Virus record (IMG/VR): IMGVR_UViG_3300020148_000031
Length of the DNA stretch: 64,000 nucleotides
From: an uncultured virus (IMG/VR IMGVR_UViG_3300020148_000031)
Taxonomy: Duplodnaviria > Heunggongvirae > Uroviricota > Caudoviricetes
Strand: one strand, 5' to 3'
Shown here: positions 48,381-58,990 of the stretch, piece by piece
Layout of the letters: each line of letters begins with the position of its first letter
Numbering within the stretch: the first letter of the stretch is position 1
The notes under the pieces: model-generated
What the model saw: only the letters and a program-made list of their open reading frames with translations
Databases searched by the model: none
Told to the model about the DNA's origin: nothing
Position numbers and translations under genes: made by a program

Positions 48381-49868
48381 TTATCCACCTACATATCTAA
48401 AGCCAGCATATTTTCTTCCAAGAGTATCAGTAAAATCTGAACCTATCCATTCAGCGTAATCAAGACCTCCAACTCGATCATGGAAAGATGCGTGAGCGAT
48501 AAGATCTTCCCCTCCAACTTCACCTAGATAAAAAACAATGTGACCTCTATTAACAGTGACCCATACATCACCAGGTTGTCTTAAAGAATAATCATCATAT
48601 CTTTGCCATTTACTAGAGTTATTAAGATATTCATATTGCACTCCAGTATGACCCCAAGGGAAATCAGGATCCATTGTAAGAAGAACAATAGTCCCCACAA
48701 ACTTATCACAAGATGCATAAAGACCTGATCCATCTGGTTTGATTGCCTCAGCCTGAGCTTTAGCATCAGCGTAGGCTGGAAGAACATTAAGCAAACCTTT
48801 TGGGTCTCCTGAAGCAACATCATCGTCATGGCTTCCAAGTGGGTATGCCATAGAAATCGCAAGTTGAACAGCGTCACTCGTGTCAACTGAATACAAAAGA
48901 CATGATCCGCCGGCGTTAGAAGTATAATTTCCAGAATAATTAGAGAGAGAGTCGTTAGCTCTTTCTGCTTGCGATACGACTATTGATTCTTTCTCAGAAT
49001 CGTTAGCGTCTTTGTATTCAGAATTGTATGAGTATACTTCATTGAAAATAGAAATAAGGACATTTGAGTTAGAAGAAGCATCATCAAACCCTTTATCTTT
49101 CATTTCTGAAGAAACTGAAGATTCTTCAATATTGCTCTTAATAAAATCTAATTGAAGTTGTAAATCATCCCATTCTTTACCGTTTGAATCAGCATATTCT
49201 GCGAGTTCTAAACGTTCAGATCCGTCCCAATGTAAAAGTCCTATTTGAATCCCGTTAGAACTACCTAGATTTTTTATATCAACATTTGTTGAATCTTTAT
49301 TAATAGAGCTAGAAGTAGACGCCGATGGATTCAACCCTGACTCTTCCCACATTACACCTACAAGAGAAGAAGCCTGTATTTTATTCATCGGCCCATTACT
49401 TGATGCAAAATTATTAGAGGTTAACCAAGCCATTATTGAATTAGACGTATCAACCTGATTTTGACTATAAGTAACGGTAGTCATTCCCCCGATTCCATAA
49501 CATCCATCAGCATTGTCGTTTCTTCCAATAAATGTGAAGAGATTCCAAACATATAAAGCAAGAACAAGTATTAAAACAATAATCCAAGTAATAGGGTTAC
49601 CTAGTATTGCTACTAAACTCGATCCTAGAGTTTGCAAACCTCCAGCAATATTTCTTATTGCTGGAACCGCTTCCATCACTTTATTAGCAACATTAACAAC
49701 TTTACTTGTCGTTTCTCCACCAGGAAGTTCACTAGCCAAAGTTTTAGTAATATTTTTCTTTATATCCGAAACATTTCCAGATTTAATGTCTTCAGAAATA
49801 GAATCAGCTGCTTTTCCTGCTAAATTCTTTTTACTGTCTACAGATTCATCATTTAGTTCTTCGTCCAT
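48381..49868 (-). CDS. Conjugative peptidoglycan hydrolase (phage-tail-type lysozyme plus NlpC/P60-CHAP-like domain; VirB1 role)
   Basis: GVMWEESGLNP...GLLHW...DLQLQLDFI; SCDKFV...PGDVW...GHIVFY. Confidence 0.8.
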   Translation of the reverse strand: MDEELNDESVDSKKNLAGKAADSISEDIKSGNVSDIKKNITKTLASELPGGETTSKVVNVANKVMEAVPAIRNIAGGLQTLGSSLVAILGNPITWIIVLILVLALYVWNLFTFIGRNDNADGCYGIGGMTTVTYSQNQVDTSNSIMAWLTSNNFASSNGPMNKIQASSLVGVMWEESGLNPSASTSSSINKDSTNVDIKNLGSSNGIQIGLLHWDGSERLELAEYADSNGKEWDDLQLQLDFIKSNIEESSVSSEMKDKGFDDASSNSNVLISIFNEVYSYNSEYKDANDSEKESIVVSQAERANDSLSNYSGNYTSNAGGSCLLYSVDTSDAVQLAISMAYPLGSHDDDVASGDPKGLLNVLPAYADAKAQAEAIKPDGSGLYASCDKFVGTIVLLTMDPDFPWGHTGVQYEYLNNSSKWQRYDDYSLRQPGDVWVTVNRGHIVFYLGEVGGEDLIAHASFHDRVGGLDYAEWIGSDFTDTLGRKYAGFRYVGG

Positions 49869-49882
49869 TAGACTTTAAATCC

Positions 49883-52800
49883 TTATCTTGGGTAAGATCC
49901 ACCATCAGTTTCTGGATCGAATTCTTCATATATTCTTCTTCTATCTTCATCAGGAACTGAAGCCTTTGTTTCGGTGCGAGAAACTTCAGGTTTTGTAGTA
50001 GGAAGACCTGTCGCTATTCTTTCTCCTGAGGATGGTGATTCCTGGCCTGTCATGTTTATCTTTATTGCTTTTCCATTAGTATTAATGATAATATCGTTTA
50101 TCTTAGATTCAAGAACTTCGAAAGACTTTTGATTATCTTTTACTTGTTGGTAGATCTTTTCATATTCTTTATCTCCTTCAGAAATCTTATGATCAACCTT
50201 ATCATTTCCAACAAAGTCAGTTGCAAGAATCTTTTCATTTTCCTCTTTAAGAGTTTTTGCCTTATGTTCTGCTGCAGCTTTTGCTGCAGTATGATCAGCA
50301 TAGTTTCTCCCTGCTTCGTTATACTTATCAAGAGCAATCTCATACTCTCTCTTATTTTCAAAAGCGCGGGAAATAGTATCAACATAAGTATTTGCTATTT
50401 CAGAAGCAGAAGCTCCGAGAGTATCTTGCATTGACGAGTTCAATCGTGAATTGAATTCATCAGTCACTCTATCAAGGCTTTCAGAATTGAATTTACTTGA
50501 TATCTCATTGATCCTTTGGTTCAATTCCTTCTCTTTCTCATCATAAGAATTATAAAGATCTTGATCTTGAGCAGCAATAGCTATTCTCTTATTTGATTCA
50601 ATAACTTGTCTATCACCCTTTAGTTCAAAGAGCTGTCGAAGATCATCATTGTTAATTCCTACTGTTAAACTCTGGTGCATTTTCATTGCTTGATCAAAGT
50701 TGTTAGATGCTTGATCAAGTTCTGTTTGCGTTGGCATTTCTTGTGAAGCTTTTTCAATAACATTTTGAGACTTTTCAATAACATTTCTATTTTCTTCATA
50801 AGTTTCTCTAGCGCGAGCAGCCTCTTGATTAGCCTCTGAAGCCTTAGACTTAAGAAGTTGCTTATTAGCAGCAGAACCTCTTTCAGCTTGACGGAACGTA
50901 TTTCCAACAAACCCTCCTCCTCGCTTAAGATCACGACGAGCTCCATCACCTGCACCAGAAAGGGCAGCTTTAACACTACCGCCGCTAGCAACAAACGCTC
51001 CGACTGCGGAACCAGCGCTAGTTTCAGCTAGACTCTTTGCCTTCTGCCCAACGTTTCCAAATTTGTTAGCAATCTTTTCCCCGCCCATGTTAGCTCTACC
51101 AAGAAGATTAATAATTTCTTTACGATAAAGGAACAAAGCAACAGACATTACTATAAGAAGTATAAGAGTAAATCCAATGTTAGTCATTCCAGCAAATAAA
51201 CCTGAATAGACCCCTAAAGCAATAACTAAGAATACAGCAGATGCAAGATATTTAAGGAGGAAAGAGACAAGAGTTTCTACCCAACCTAAGAATAGTTTTT
51301 TACCTCTGCCTGGATGTAATGCGAGAAGGAAGAATACTGGAGCAAGAGCCATTAATAAGATTGAACTAAAGATATAAATTAAAGCCATAATACCAGTGAA
51401 ACCTAATAGACTTCCACCTATAAGAGTTGCAAGAACTGACATGCTTGAAACAGCTATTTTGTCAACCGAACCGCTAATGTTATATGACCAATGATCCCAC
51501 ATATAATCGTCTGAAGCCATTACAGTAATAAGAGGGTACCATCTTTCATCTAGTTCTCCATTAACAGGGATTGTATCTCCATCTGTAAGAATCCTCTTCT
51601 GCAAACTTAATTGATATGCAGCTAGATTACATACTTGCTTATATCCTGAATTAGTAATGAAGTACTCAGATCGGTCTTGAGCATTCCAACTAGAGCTTGA
51701 GTAAAGGTCAACACAGAACATATCTTTACTATCACCAAATCCTGCAGATTCGATTGCATTAGATACTTCGCCTGTATATACATCTAATTCTTCAAATGAA
51801 TATCCGAACTGTGCTTTACTCCATGGTTCAAGAACAAAAGCTTTCCAAATGCTACAATTAAGACTATTAAGCGTAAGCTGCATCCTTTCATCGATTCCCA
51901 AACTTGAATCATCAGAAGAAGAATAACAAATATTAGTAGATGTTCCTTCCTCAACATTAGATTCGAAAGAAGAATTAGAGAAACAATTTTCTCCACTAAC
52001 TGCTCCTACGATGCATGTTCCTAAGGTATTAGTAATAGCCATTGGAGCTCTAGTAAGCAAAGATGGATTAAGAAGAAGGATAATACCAGCAATTGCAGCT
52101 GATAAAATCCAAATAACACCAAAGAGAGACTCTCTAAATTTTCTTTTTACAAGCCCATTATAAGCGACCCAAATACCAGTAAAAGCAATCATGATTGCAA
52201 TAAGGGGGAAATATAAACTTTGTGTAAGGGCTCCAATAAGACCCTGTGTTGCATTTCCTTTATTACGATAATCATTTGAAGGATCACCCCCAATGATTCC
52301 CATTAAGTCAATACAGTTTGCTTGAGGTCCATTATCACAAATAAGGCTACTATCAAAAGACCATGTAACTATTTTAGAAACAAACATGCTATAGACGTTA
52401 GAAACCATGAACACAGATGTAGTAAAGTTAGCTGATGCTCCACCAATGATACAAGTAGACATATTTCTAGTATTATTAAGTCTATCTCTTACATTCTCAA
52501 TGTTACCTACAGATGGAACCCTATCTTCTGGTATTTCTCTAACGAAAAAACTTGCATCGGTGGAGCCAGAGTTTTCTCCCTCATAATTAATAATATAAGT
52601 ATTATTTCCAAAGAGTTCTTGAAGAGTCCAGTAGCGAGCTCTAGAATCTGGAAGATTTACTTCAGCTAATGAAGTTTTTTTGATAGCTGAACTTTCCATA
52701 TATGGGCCAAGACTGTTAGAGTCTGAACAAAAAAGATTTAAACTATAAGCAGAAGCCTCTTCTTTAATAGGAGATATAAAGCTTGTAATTGAAGCTCCTA

Positions 52801-52918
52801 CAAGTAAAGTGAGGGACAAGAGGGTCATAATAATCTTTACAAAATTAAGCTTTCCATTAAATAAAGAGATTTTTGAGCTCTCTTCAATATAAAACGATCC
52901 ATTTTTGCTAAAATTCAT
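49883..52918 (-). CDS. Large VirB6/TrbL-like conjugation membrane protein
   Basis: WKAFVLEPWSKAQFG, TM cluster ALHPGRGKKLFLGW, Gly/Ala-rich region then coiled coil. Confidence 0.7.
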   Translation of the reverse strand: MNFSKNGSFYIEESSKISLFNGKLNFVKIIMTLLSLTLLVGASITSFISPIKEEASAYSLNLFCSDSNSLGPYMESSAIKKTSLAEVNLPDSRARYWTLQELFGNNTYIINYEGENSGSTDASFFVREIPEDRVPSVGNIENVRDRLNNTRNMSTCIIGGASANFTTSVFMVSNVYSMFVSKIVTWSFDSSLICDNGPQANCIDLMGIIGGDPSNDYRNKGNATQGLIGALTQSLYFPLIAIMIAFTGIWVAYNGLVKRKFRESLFGVIWILSAAIAGIILLLNPSLLTRAPMAITNTLGTCIVGAVSGENCFSNSSFESNVEEGTSTNICYSSSDDSSLGIDERMQLTLNSLNCSIWKAFVLEPWSKAQFGYSFEELDVYTGEVSNAIESAGFGDSKDMFCVDLYSSSSWNAQDRSEYFITNSGYKQVCNLAAYQLSLQKRILTDGDTIPVNGELDERWYPLITVMASDDYMWDHWSYNISGSVDKIAVSSMSVLATLIGGSLLGFTGIMALIYIFSSILLMALAPVFFLLALHPGRGKKLFLGWVETLVSFLLKYLASAVFLVIALGVYSGLFAGMTNIGFTLILLIVMSVALFLYRKEIINLLGRANMGGEKIANKFGNVGQKAKSLAETSAGSAVGAFVASGGSVKAALSGAGDGARRDLKRGGGFVGNTFRQAERGSAANKQLLKSKASEANQEAARARETYEENRNVIEKSQNVIEKASQEMPTQTELDQASNNFDQAMKMHQSLTVGINNDDLRQLFELKGDRQVIESNKRIAIAAQDQDLYNSYDEKEKELNQRINEISSKFNSESLDRVTDEFNSRLNSSMQDTLGASASEIANTYVDTISRAFENKREYEIALDKYNEAGRNYADHTAAKAAAEHKAKTLKEENEKILATDFVGNDKVDHKISEGDKEYEKIYQQVKDNQKSFEVLESKINDIIINTNGKAIKINMTGQESPSSGERIATGLPTTKPEVSRTETKASVPDEDRRRIYEEFDPETDGGSYPR

Positions 52919-52978
52919 AAACCCTCTTGGTCCTCACTTTTAAAAGCACGGGCTTTTCTATAAAGAATATCAGATATT

Positions 52979-54406
52979 TTATCCTTCTAATATTCTAGAG
53001 GCTAGCTCTGCAACACGCGATCTTTCAGTCTTTTGTAATGTGATATGAGCAAAAAGATCTTCACTTTTAAGGCTGTCAATTACAGACCAAATATCAGAGT
53101 TTTTACCTGATTGTAAGAACTTGTTATCAACCTGCGCGGCATCAAAAGTAAGAACAATTTTTGAACCTTCTCCTGCCCTAGAGAGGATATTAAGAATTTC
53201 ATTACGTGAAAAATTCTGAGCCTCTTCAAGAACAATATAAGTATTAGAAAGAGATCGACCGCGAAGATAAGTAATAGGACTTACTTCAATCATTTCTCTC
53301 AACTTTTTCGATTCTTCTTTCAAAGCGAGCTCAGCGTGAGGTCCGGCATTCTTCTTGATGGTTTTCTTTGCGGCAGCTAGAACATCTAATGCATCAAATA
53401 CAGCTCCAGCCCAAGCTTCCATCTTATCATTAACGTCACCTGGGAGGAATCCCATTTCTTGACCTTGCCCCATTTCGTGGAGAGATCTGAATACGATAAC
53501 TTTTTGATAATGCTTTGCCCTTAGTTCATCAAGACCTACAGCAATAGTAAGAAGAGTTTTTCCTGTACCGGCGCCACCACCAAGAGAAACAATAGGCAAA
53601 TTGTCTGGGCTTTCCTTTAAGTAAGCGAGAGCAATATCCTGCTCTAAAGTTCTAGCAGTAATATTTGAAGCTTTATTCTTTCTTTTTACTTCTTGAACTT
53701 CACCGTTTGAAATAATAAAATCACCAGCAGATCCACCTTCAACGTATTCGACTTGAACATATGCTGATTTTGAATAGTTCTTAGGAAGATAATTAATTAT
53801 AGTGAAATAAAGATCTTTCGAGTTTTCAAATTCCTTGAAAGGAATTTGAATCGAGTATCTTCCATCAAAAGGTTTTGCTCCTACAATTTGAGTAGCATTG
53901 AATTCAAATGCTCCAAGAGAAAGATCAAGAGTTGCAGCAATTCTCATTGGAACATCATTTGAAAGAATAATCACTTCTTCTGACCTTCCTTCTTCTTGGA
54001 GTTCAAGAGAGAGATTATTTGCTACAGCAAGGATGGTGCTGTCATTGCTCCCATCTTGCAAGTGAGAAGGTAAAGTTTTTTGATTAGTATGATTAGGTTC
54101 TACCCTTAAAGTAATATCCTTATATTCTTTTAATACTACACCTTTAGAGAGCTCTTTACCACTTTCAACACGAATTGATTCAATAAGATTAAGCCATTCT
54201 CTAGCCATAAAACCTATTGTTGAATGAGTGCGTTTATTCTCTAATTCTTTAATAACTATTGCTGGTATTATTACTGTACTTTTTGGAAGTACTGTAAGTA
54301 GTTTTGTACCCGCCATTAAAAGGGATGACGTGTCTATGACGATCACTTTCCCTTTCAACTCGTTTGTTATTTGCGCAGTTCTTTTAAGGGAATCAGTCAT
54401 GTTCAC
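52979..54406 (-). CDS. phoH: PIN-PhoH (PhoH2) family protein
   Basis: VIDTSSL PIN motif, NDSTILA; GGAGTGKT, GFLPG, YLRGRSL, EEAQN. Confidence 0.9.
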   Translation of the reverse strand: MNMTDSLKRTAQITNELKGKVIVIDTSSLLMAGTKLLTVLPKSTVIIPAIVIKELENKRTHSTIGFMAREWLNLIESIRVESGKELSKGVVLKEYKDITLRVEPNHTNQKTLPSHLQDGSNDSTILAVANNLSLELQEEGRSEEVIILSNDVPMRIAATLDLSLGAFEFNATQIVGAKPFDGRYSIQIPFKEFENSKDLYFTIINYLPKNYSKSAYVQVEYVEGGSAGDFIISNGEVQEVKRKNKASNITARTLEQDIALAYLKESPDNLPIVSLGGGAGTGKTLLTIAVGLDELRAKHYQKVIVFRSLHEMGQGQEMGFLPGDVNDKMEAWAGAVFDALDVLAAAKKTIKKNAGPHAELALKEESKKLREMIEVSPITYLRGRSLSNTYIVLEEAQNFSRNEILNILSRAGEGSKIVLTFDAAQVDNKFLQSGKNSDIWSVIDSLKSEDLFAHITLQKTERSRVAELASRILEG

Positions 54407-54506
54407 CGTTCCTAATCTGATAGTAGTTGGTTTTTATTTATTTATTTTTGAAAACTTTTTAAGGTTTTCGTTGATTACTTTTCTAAATGAAAAGCAACTC
54501 TTACAT

Positions 54507-54562
54507 GAAAGAGAGACAAAATAAATGATATTTTTTCACATCAATTTTCGTGTCTCTCTTTC
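54507..54562. terminator. Inverted repeat between the tad-like gene and phoH
   Basis: gaaagagagaca (54507-54518) / tgtctctctttc (54551-54562), perfect 12-bp arms. Confidence 0.5.
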
Positions 54563-54589
54563 TAAAAATTTGTTTTTATTTTTTGAACT

Positions 54590-55198
54590 TTAAACATCAG
54601 TGTTAATACGGAATGTAGTAGCACTCACCTCACTTGCGAATTGTTGACAAGGCATTCCAAACATACCTAGAATAATATTTTCAGCGGTATCATAAACAGT
54701 AGCAGTAACAACTTTATATTTTACTGAGTTATTAAATGTGTCAGAAGTAGTCATTGACCCGTCTGCTTCAATATAATAAGTTACAGAACTAGAAGAAACA
54801 ATTCCAGAACCTCTTTCAGAGTCAAGAGTAAGAACTATATATGGTGCTGTGTGCTCTACACCATTGACTGTAACAACTCTACAAGCTCCATCTTGATAAG
54901 GGGTCGTCTCATTACTAGATATTAATTCTGAAGGGGAGGGGTTTCTTTGAGCTATATATTCGTTATATACAGCTATTGGGGTATTAGCATTTAAGGATCC
55001 ATTAGAATTAATAGTCTTTACTCCAGTTTCAACTGATTGTTGAGCCATAGTAGAATAATTTGACCTTAACATTGCATTTTTGCTAACGTCTAAAGCGAAC
55101 CCTACAAGAAGAGCTACAAAAAGAGTAGAAATAAGAGCCATTGTAAGAATAGAATCTCCGGATTCGTTTCTTAATCTTTTTAATAAAATATTCGTCAT
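54590..55198 (-). CDS. TadG-like pseudopilin
   Basis: RLRNESGDSILTMALI...LLVGFALDVS. Confidence 0.75.
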   Translation of the reverse strand: MTNILLKRLRNESGDSILTMALISTLFVALLVGFALDVSKNAMLRSNYSTMAQQSVETGVKTINSNGSLNANTPIAVYNEYIAQRNPSPSELISSNETTPYQDGACRVVTVNGVEHTAPYIVLTLDSERGSGIVSSSSVTYYIEADGSMTTSDTFNNSVKYKVVTATVYDTAENIILGMFGMPCQQFASEVSATTFRINTDV

Positions 55199-55205
55199 AA
55201 CAGTA

Positions 55206-55790
55206 TTACCTCGATACAAGAGAAATTCCTGTCATATTTACTTCAGATTCGGAAGTACCTGTAGTTGTATTGTTGGAAAGTGCAGGAGGGGCTGAATAAC
55301 TTGGTTCTTCTCTCACAAGAGATAATGCTGAACCAGGAACTGAATTATAGCTCCATTCTATTGTGCAAGTTGTTCTTTGCCCAATAGAGCTTGTAATTTC
55401 AGGAGTGCAATGAACAGAAGTTACATCAACAGCAACAAGACCTTTATTCATATTTAAGGTAGAAAGAATATTACATTCAACTGCTGATGAAGTAGAAGTA
55501 ACAGCATCAGTCCATCCATTAGCAGCTTCAGCACATGAAGCATCTCGATCCAGTCCATATTGCACTTCAAGAGGAGTTGCTTGTGTAGCATTACCATTTC
55601 CACCGAGAATAGCAATTGTTCTTGCTCCATCTCTTGCTACACTTTGAATGATGGATCTATTTGAGAAATAAATCGAAACATCAATAAGAGTAATCATGAC
55701 TGCAAAGACTATAGGGAAGAGAATAATCATAGAGACGATGCTCGAATCTGCTTTATCAGATTTACGTCTTTTATTTAAATAATTCATCAT
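55206..55790 (-). CDS. TadE-like pseudopilin
   Basis: DKADSSIVSMIILFPIVF...SVARDGARTIA. Confidence 0.8.
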   Translation of the reverse strand: MMNYLNKRRKSDKADSSIVSMIILFPIVFAVMITLIDVSIYFSNRSIIQSVARDGARTIAILGGNGNATQATPLEVQYGLDRDASCAEAANGWTDAVTSTSSAVECNILSTLNMNKGLVAVDVTSVHCTPEITSSIGQRTTCTIEWSYNSVPGSALSLVREEPSYSAPPALSNNTTTGTSESEVNMTGISLVSR

Positions 55791-55829
55791 ATAAAATTCA
55801 CCTTAATCTATAACTATAATTAATATCAG

Positions 55830-56675
55830 TTATGAGAAGTTTTCTAACTGTTTTATTCTATCTTGTAATCTATCAATTTCATCAAGATAGTTAGCGCATT
55901 GTGAGCATTCATAAATAGTATTTGGTTCTCCCCAACCATTGTTAGCAACATCAATGATAGAGATATAAAAACGACGTTTAGCGTCTAGGCTTAAGTGAGC
56001 ATCAGCTTTAGTGTTAGGTTCAAGATTAAAAATCATCATTCTTAAATAATCGCTGGATGATAAACATAACCTTTGGGCTCTCCATTTAATAATTTCTGAT
56101 TCTTGCATACTCATTCGCCCGGATAGTCTATTATTTCTTTTCTCGTTCTGGGAAATAATTTTTCTTAGCTTTTCATTAATTTTGTATATTTCTTGTTGAA
56201 GATAGTCAATACGCTCATCGTCTTCTTCCTCATCAAGAGATACCATTAAATTATTCTTCTGCTCGCGTAATTCTTTCTTATTTGAAGCAATATCTTCAAT
56301 TTCAACAATTGCTTTTTCGGCAATTTCTTTCCAACCTTGAATATCTACACTACCTATAGCTCTATTGCGGATAAAAGTAGACATAGTGACTTTTTCCCCA
56401 GAAGCTTTAATTGCTTTTAATTCGTTATCAAGAATTACTCTTTCAGAGTCAGTAACTGTAATTGAAACTTTTTGATCCAGAGGTGCAGCTTTTTTCTTTT
56501 TAAGAGTCTGCTTAGGTTTCCATTCTTTAAAAATATCTATAAGATCTTCGCGCCCCATTTTCTCAAGAATCGCAAGTTTTTCATTTATGCCCATACTTTC
56601 AGAAACTACAGAATAAGAAGTGTCTTTTTCAGTCTTTTTTGGGAAGTGAGTGTGTTGCCCTTGAACAGTTTGCAT
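55830..56675 (-). CDS. Tandem ribbon-helix-helix (MobC-like) DNA-binding protein
   Basis: KVSITVTDSER...MSTFIRNRAI and RLSGRMSMQESEIIKWRAQRLCLSSSDYLR. Confidence 0.6.
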   Translation of the reverse strand: MQTVQGQHTHFPKKTEKDTSYSVVSESMGINEKLAILEKMGREDLIDIFKEWKPKQTLKKKKAAPLDQKVSITVTDSERVILDNELKAIKASGEKVTMSTFIRNRAIGSVDIQGWKEIAEKAIVEIEDIASNKKELREQKNNLMVSLDEEEDDERIDYLQQEIYKINEKLRKIISQNEKRNNRLSGRMSMQESEIIKWRAQRLCLSSSDYLRMMIFNLEPNTKADAHLSLDAKRRFYISIIDVANNGWGEPNTIYECSQCANYLDEIDRLQDRIKQLENFS

Positions 56676-56683
56676 ATTTTCCT

Positions 56684-57478
56684 CTATTCTACTTCACAGT
56701 ATGAAAGACCTTTTTCTAAAGCACTTTCATCATCTTGAGTAATTGAAATATCATATTTGATAGCTGTAGCAATCCAAATCTTTGAATACTCACATTGGAA
56801 AGATTGAATTGGCATATATTCACTTGGCCCGCTATCACTTTTTGATCTATTTTCAGATGCTGATACAGCGAGTAATTGACTCATATCGTTAGCGAATTGC
56901 TCTTTTCTTTCAAGAGTCCAATTCTGACCACCGTGAGAAGCAGCATAACCTAATGGGATAACGTGATCAATATCTAGGTCACTAGAATTAGTAAAAGTAG
57001 CTCCAGAGTATGGGTCAATCCAGGTTCCAGAGGTTGCCTTACACGTATTTGGATCAGACACTACGTTTTCACCTTGAAGAGAAAGAATAGTTTCTCTTGT
57101 GTCACAAGATCCACTTACTTTGCTCCAATGCTTCCACTCTGATCTGTCATATTCGACCTCTTCAGAATCTGCTATTGTTATCCCTTGAAGAGCAAGTAAT
57201 AATTCTGAAGACGATGATTCATTTGTTACTTCATCGGGAGTTTCAGAAATTTGAGGATCCTCGGTTCCGCTAGGGTTAGAAGTATCTGGAGAACAGTTCC
57301 AATCTACATCATCTGCTCCACATTCATTAATTTTATCAGAAGCTGATTTAAAATAATTATAAACATCATCAAGCCCAGTGATATTATTAACTCTCATCCA
57401 AGCAAGAATAACACCAATAAGAACTATAATAATAATTATAGTCATAGCATTCCCGCCTGCACCACCTTGTTTTTTCAT
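56684..57478 (-). CDS. Membrane-anchored extracellular HNH nuclease (DUF1524-like)
   Basis: YDRSEWKHW, CDTRE, LDIDHVIPL, LLAVSASENRSKSDSGP. Confidence 0.85.
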   Translation of the reverse strand: MKKQGGAGGNAMTIIIIIVLIGVILAWMRVNNITGLDDVYNYFKSASDKINECGADDVDWNCSPDTSNPSGTEDPQISETPDEVTNESSSSELLLALQGITIADSEEVEYDRSEWKHWSKVSGSCDTRETILSLQGENVVSDPNTCKATSGTWIDPYSGATFTNSSDLDIDHVIPLGYAASHGGQNWTLERKEQFANDMSQLLAVSASENRSKSDSGPSEYMPIQSFQCEYSKIWIATAIKYDISITQDDESALEKGLSYCEVE

Positions 57479-57480
57479 AT

Positions 57481-58890
57481 TTATCTTGCCTCTCCATCAG
57501 AACCATAGATAGGATCTCCAACATTAGAACTAAAGTTGAAACCTGAAGTCCCTAGCATATTAATATTAGTTAATTGTTGGAATGATTTGATTCGTAATCT
57601 ATCTCCAGGCATTTGTTCTAAGAATAATTCAGCTTGATCACCTGAAGACCAAGTGACATTAATACCTATTCCAGAGAACTCATTTTTAACAAGGGAGCAG
57701 TACTTTCTTAGAACGTCCTCTCTTGGTGTTTCGACCACAATTCTATAAGAACCTTCAACCCATGGTGTCTTATCATTAGTAAGTATTTCATCTAATATTT
57801 GAATAGACTCAATAGAATCAGAAACATCAGTAGGTGTTCCACTAACAGCATTATCAATGGCAGATCTAGCGCCCGCCATATTTTCTAGTTCGTCTTTTTG
57901 TTCCATTCTCTTTTTGTCAACTTGCTTTTTCATTGCCGAACTAGGATGTAATGTAAAACGCGAGTACATAGTAAAAGGTAATTGTAAACTTGCTGGGAAA
58001 TAAAAGAATGGGAACCCTTGGTTTGGATAATCTGAGAATTTATGAAACTTTGAAAGTGTGAGGCATGCTCTATATCCAGTAAAGGTATGTTCTCCTATTT
58101 GTTGGGTAATCTCTAACCAGCGATACTTATTCTTTATAGAAGAATATAATTCTAGATCAAGGTCACCAGGACCTAATCTTTCTCCATGATCAATGTCAAG
58201 ATATGGAACTGGCATTCTAGGATAAAACTGTCTTTTTATGAGAAGAAGTAATTCTTCACTATTACATTTCTCAACATTCAAATAACCTGTTGATAATTGT
58301 GTATATAATTCTTTTTCTTTTGCTCGGAATGATCGCTCTTCATCTGCTGATACTTCGTGATCTGGAATAACAAGAATTTGATTAAACCATTTCTTTAATG
58401 TTTCTAGAGCTCCCTTGAAACCTCTTTCAAGAATATTAAGATCTGAAAAGTTTAAAGCACCGCGTTTTCCTAAACTTATTCCTAAATAAGTAATCTTATA
58501 CATATATTCTTCTTGCGAGAGGAATTCTTTTTGTTCTTTTAGATATTTTTCAAATGAGGGAGATGTTTCCCAATTAGAAACTGTTTCTCGTACTTGTGAT
58601 TCCCATGCATCAAGATCAATAGGGACATTAGTTACAATAAAATGCCCATCTAGAGATTCTCTTTTATCTTCCATAAGATTAATGAAAGCAAGGTTAGTTC
58701 GTTGAGCTAATTCAACTCTTCCGACTGTTGAAAGATAATCGAAGACACGATTCCCGACTCTATAATACGCAAAGACTTCATCTTTGTTGAAAACAATATT
58801 GTCAATAACTGCTGATGCTGATATTTCTAGCCTCTTCTTCTTGGAAGACTCTTTTTTCGGCTTCTTTATCTTTTCTTGATTTTCAGACAT
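57481..58890 (-). CDS. VirB4/TcpF-like N-terminal half without ATPase domain
   Basis: NIVFNKDEVFAYY start and GDQAELFLEQMPG...VGDPIYG end resemble the pre-ATPase half of Gram-positive VirB4; no Walker A; follows tcpC/tcpD-like genes. Confidence 0.6.
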   Translation of the reverse strand: MSENQEKIKKPKKESSKKKRLEISASAVIDNIVFNKDEVFAYYRVGNRVFDYLSTVGRVELAQRTNLAFINLMEDKRESLDGHFIVTNVPIDLDAWESQVRETVSNWETSPSFEKYLKEQKEFLSQEEYMYKITYLGISLGKRGALNFSDLNILERGFKGALETLKKWFNQILVIPDHEVSADEERSFRAKEKELYTQLSTGYLNVEKCNSEELLLLIKRQFYPRMPVPYLDIDHGERLGPGDLDLELYSSIKNKYRWLEITQQIGEHTFTGYRACLTLSKFHKFSDYPNQGFPFFYFPASLQLPFTMYSRFTLHPSSAMKKQVDKKRMEQKDELENMAGARSAIDNAVSGTPTDVSDSIESIQILDEILTNDKTPWVEGSYRIVVETPREDVLRKYCSLVKNEFSGIGINVTWSSGDQAELFLEQMPGDRLRIKSFQQLTNINMLGTSGFNFSSNVGDPIYGSDGEAR

Positions 58891-58938
58891 TTATCTCATC
58901 TTTCCAGTCATTATGTAATTAATATTAATATCGCTTTA

Positions 58939-58985
58939 AACTAACTTAGAGGCCCAGATTTTCATCGTAGGCCTCTAAGTTGGTT
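58939..58985 (-). terminator. Stem-loop after the pilin-like gene
   Basis: aactaacttagaggcc...ggcctctaagttggtt. Confidence 0.7.
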
Positions 58986-58990
58986 AATTT

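Noticed and set aside
36602..54406. Jumbo phage interpretation (sigma factors, PhoH, tail-type lysozyme, SbcC)
   Set aside because: No capsid, portal, terminase or tail genes recognised in the window; the context is conjugative. Cannot be excluded for the rest of the replicon.
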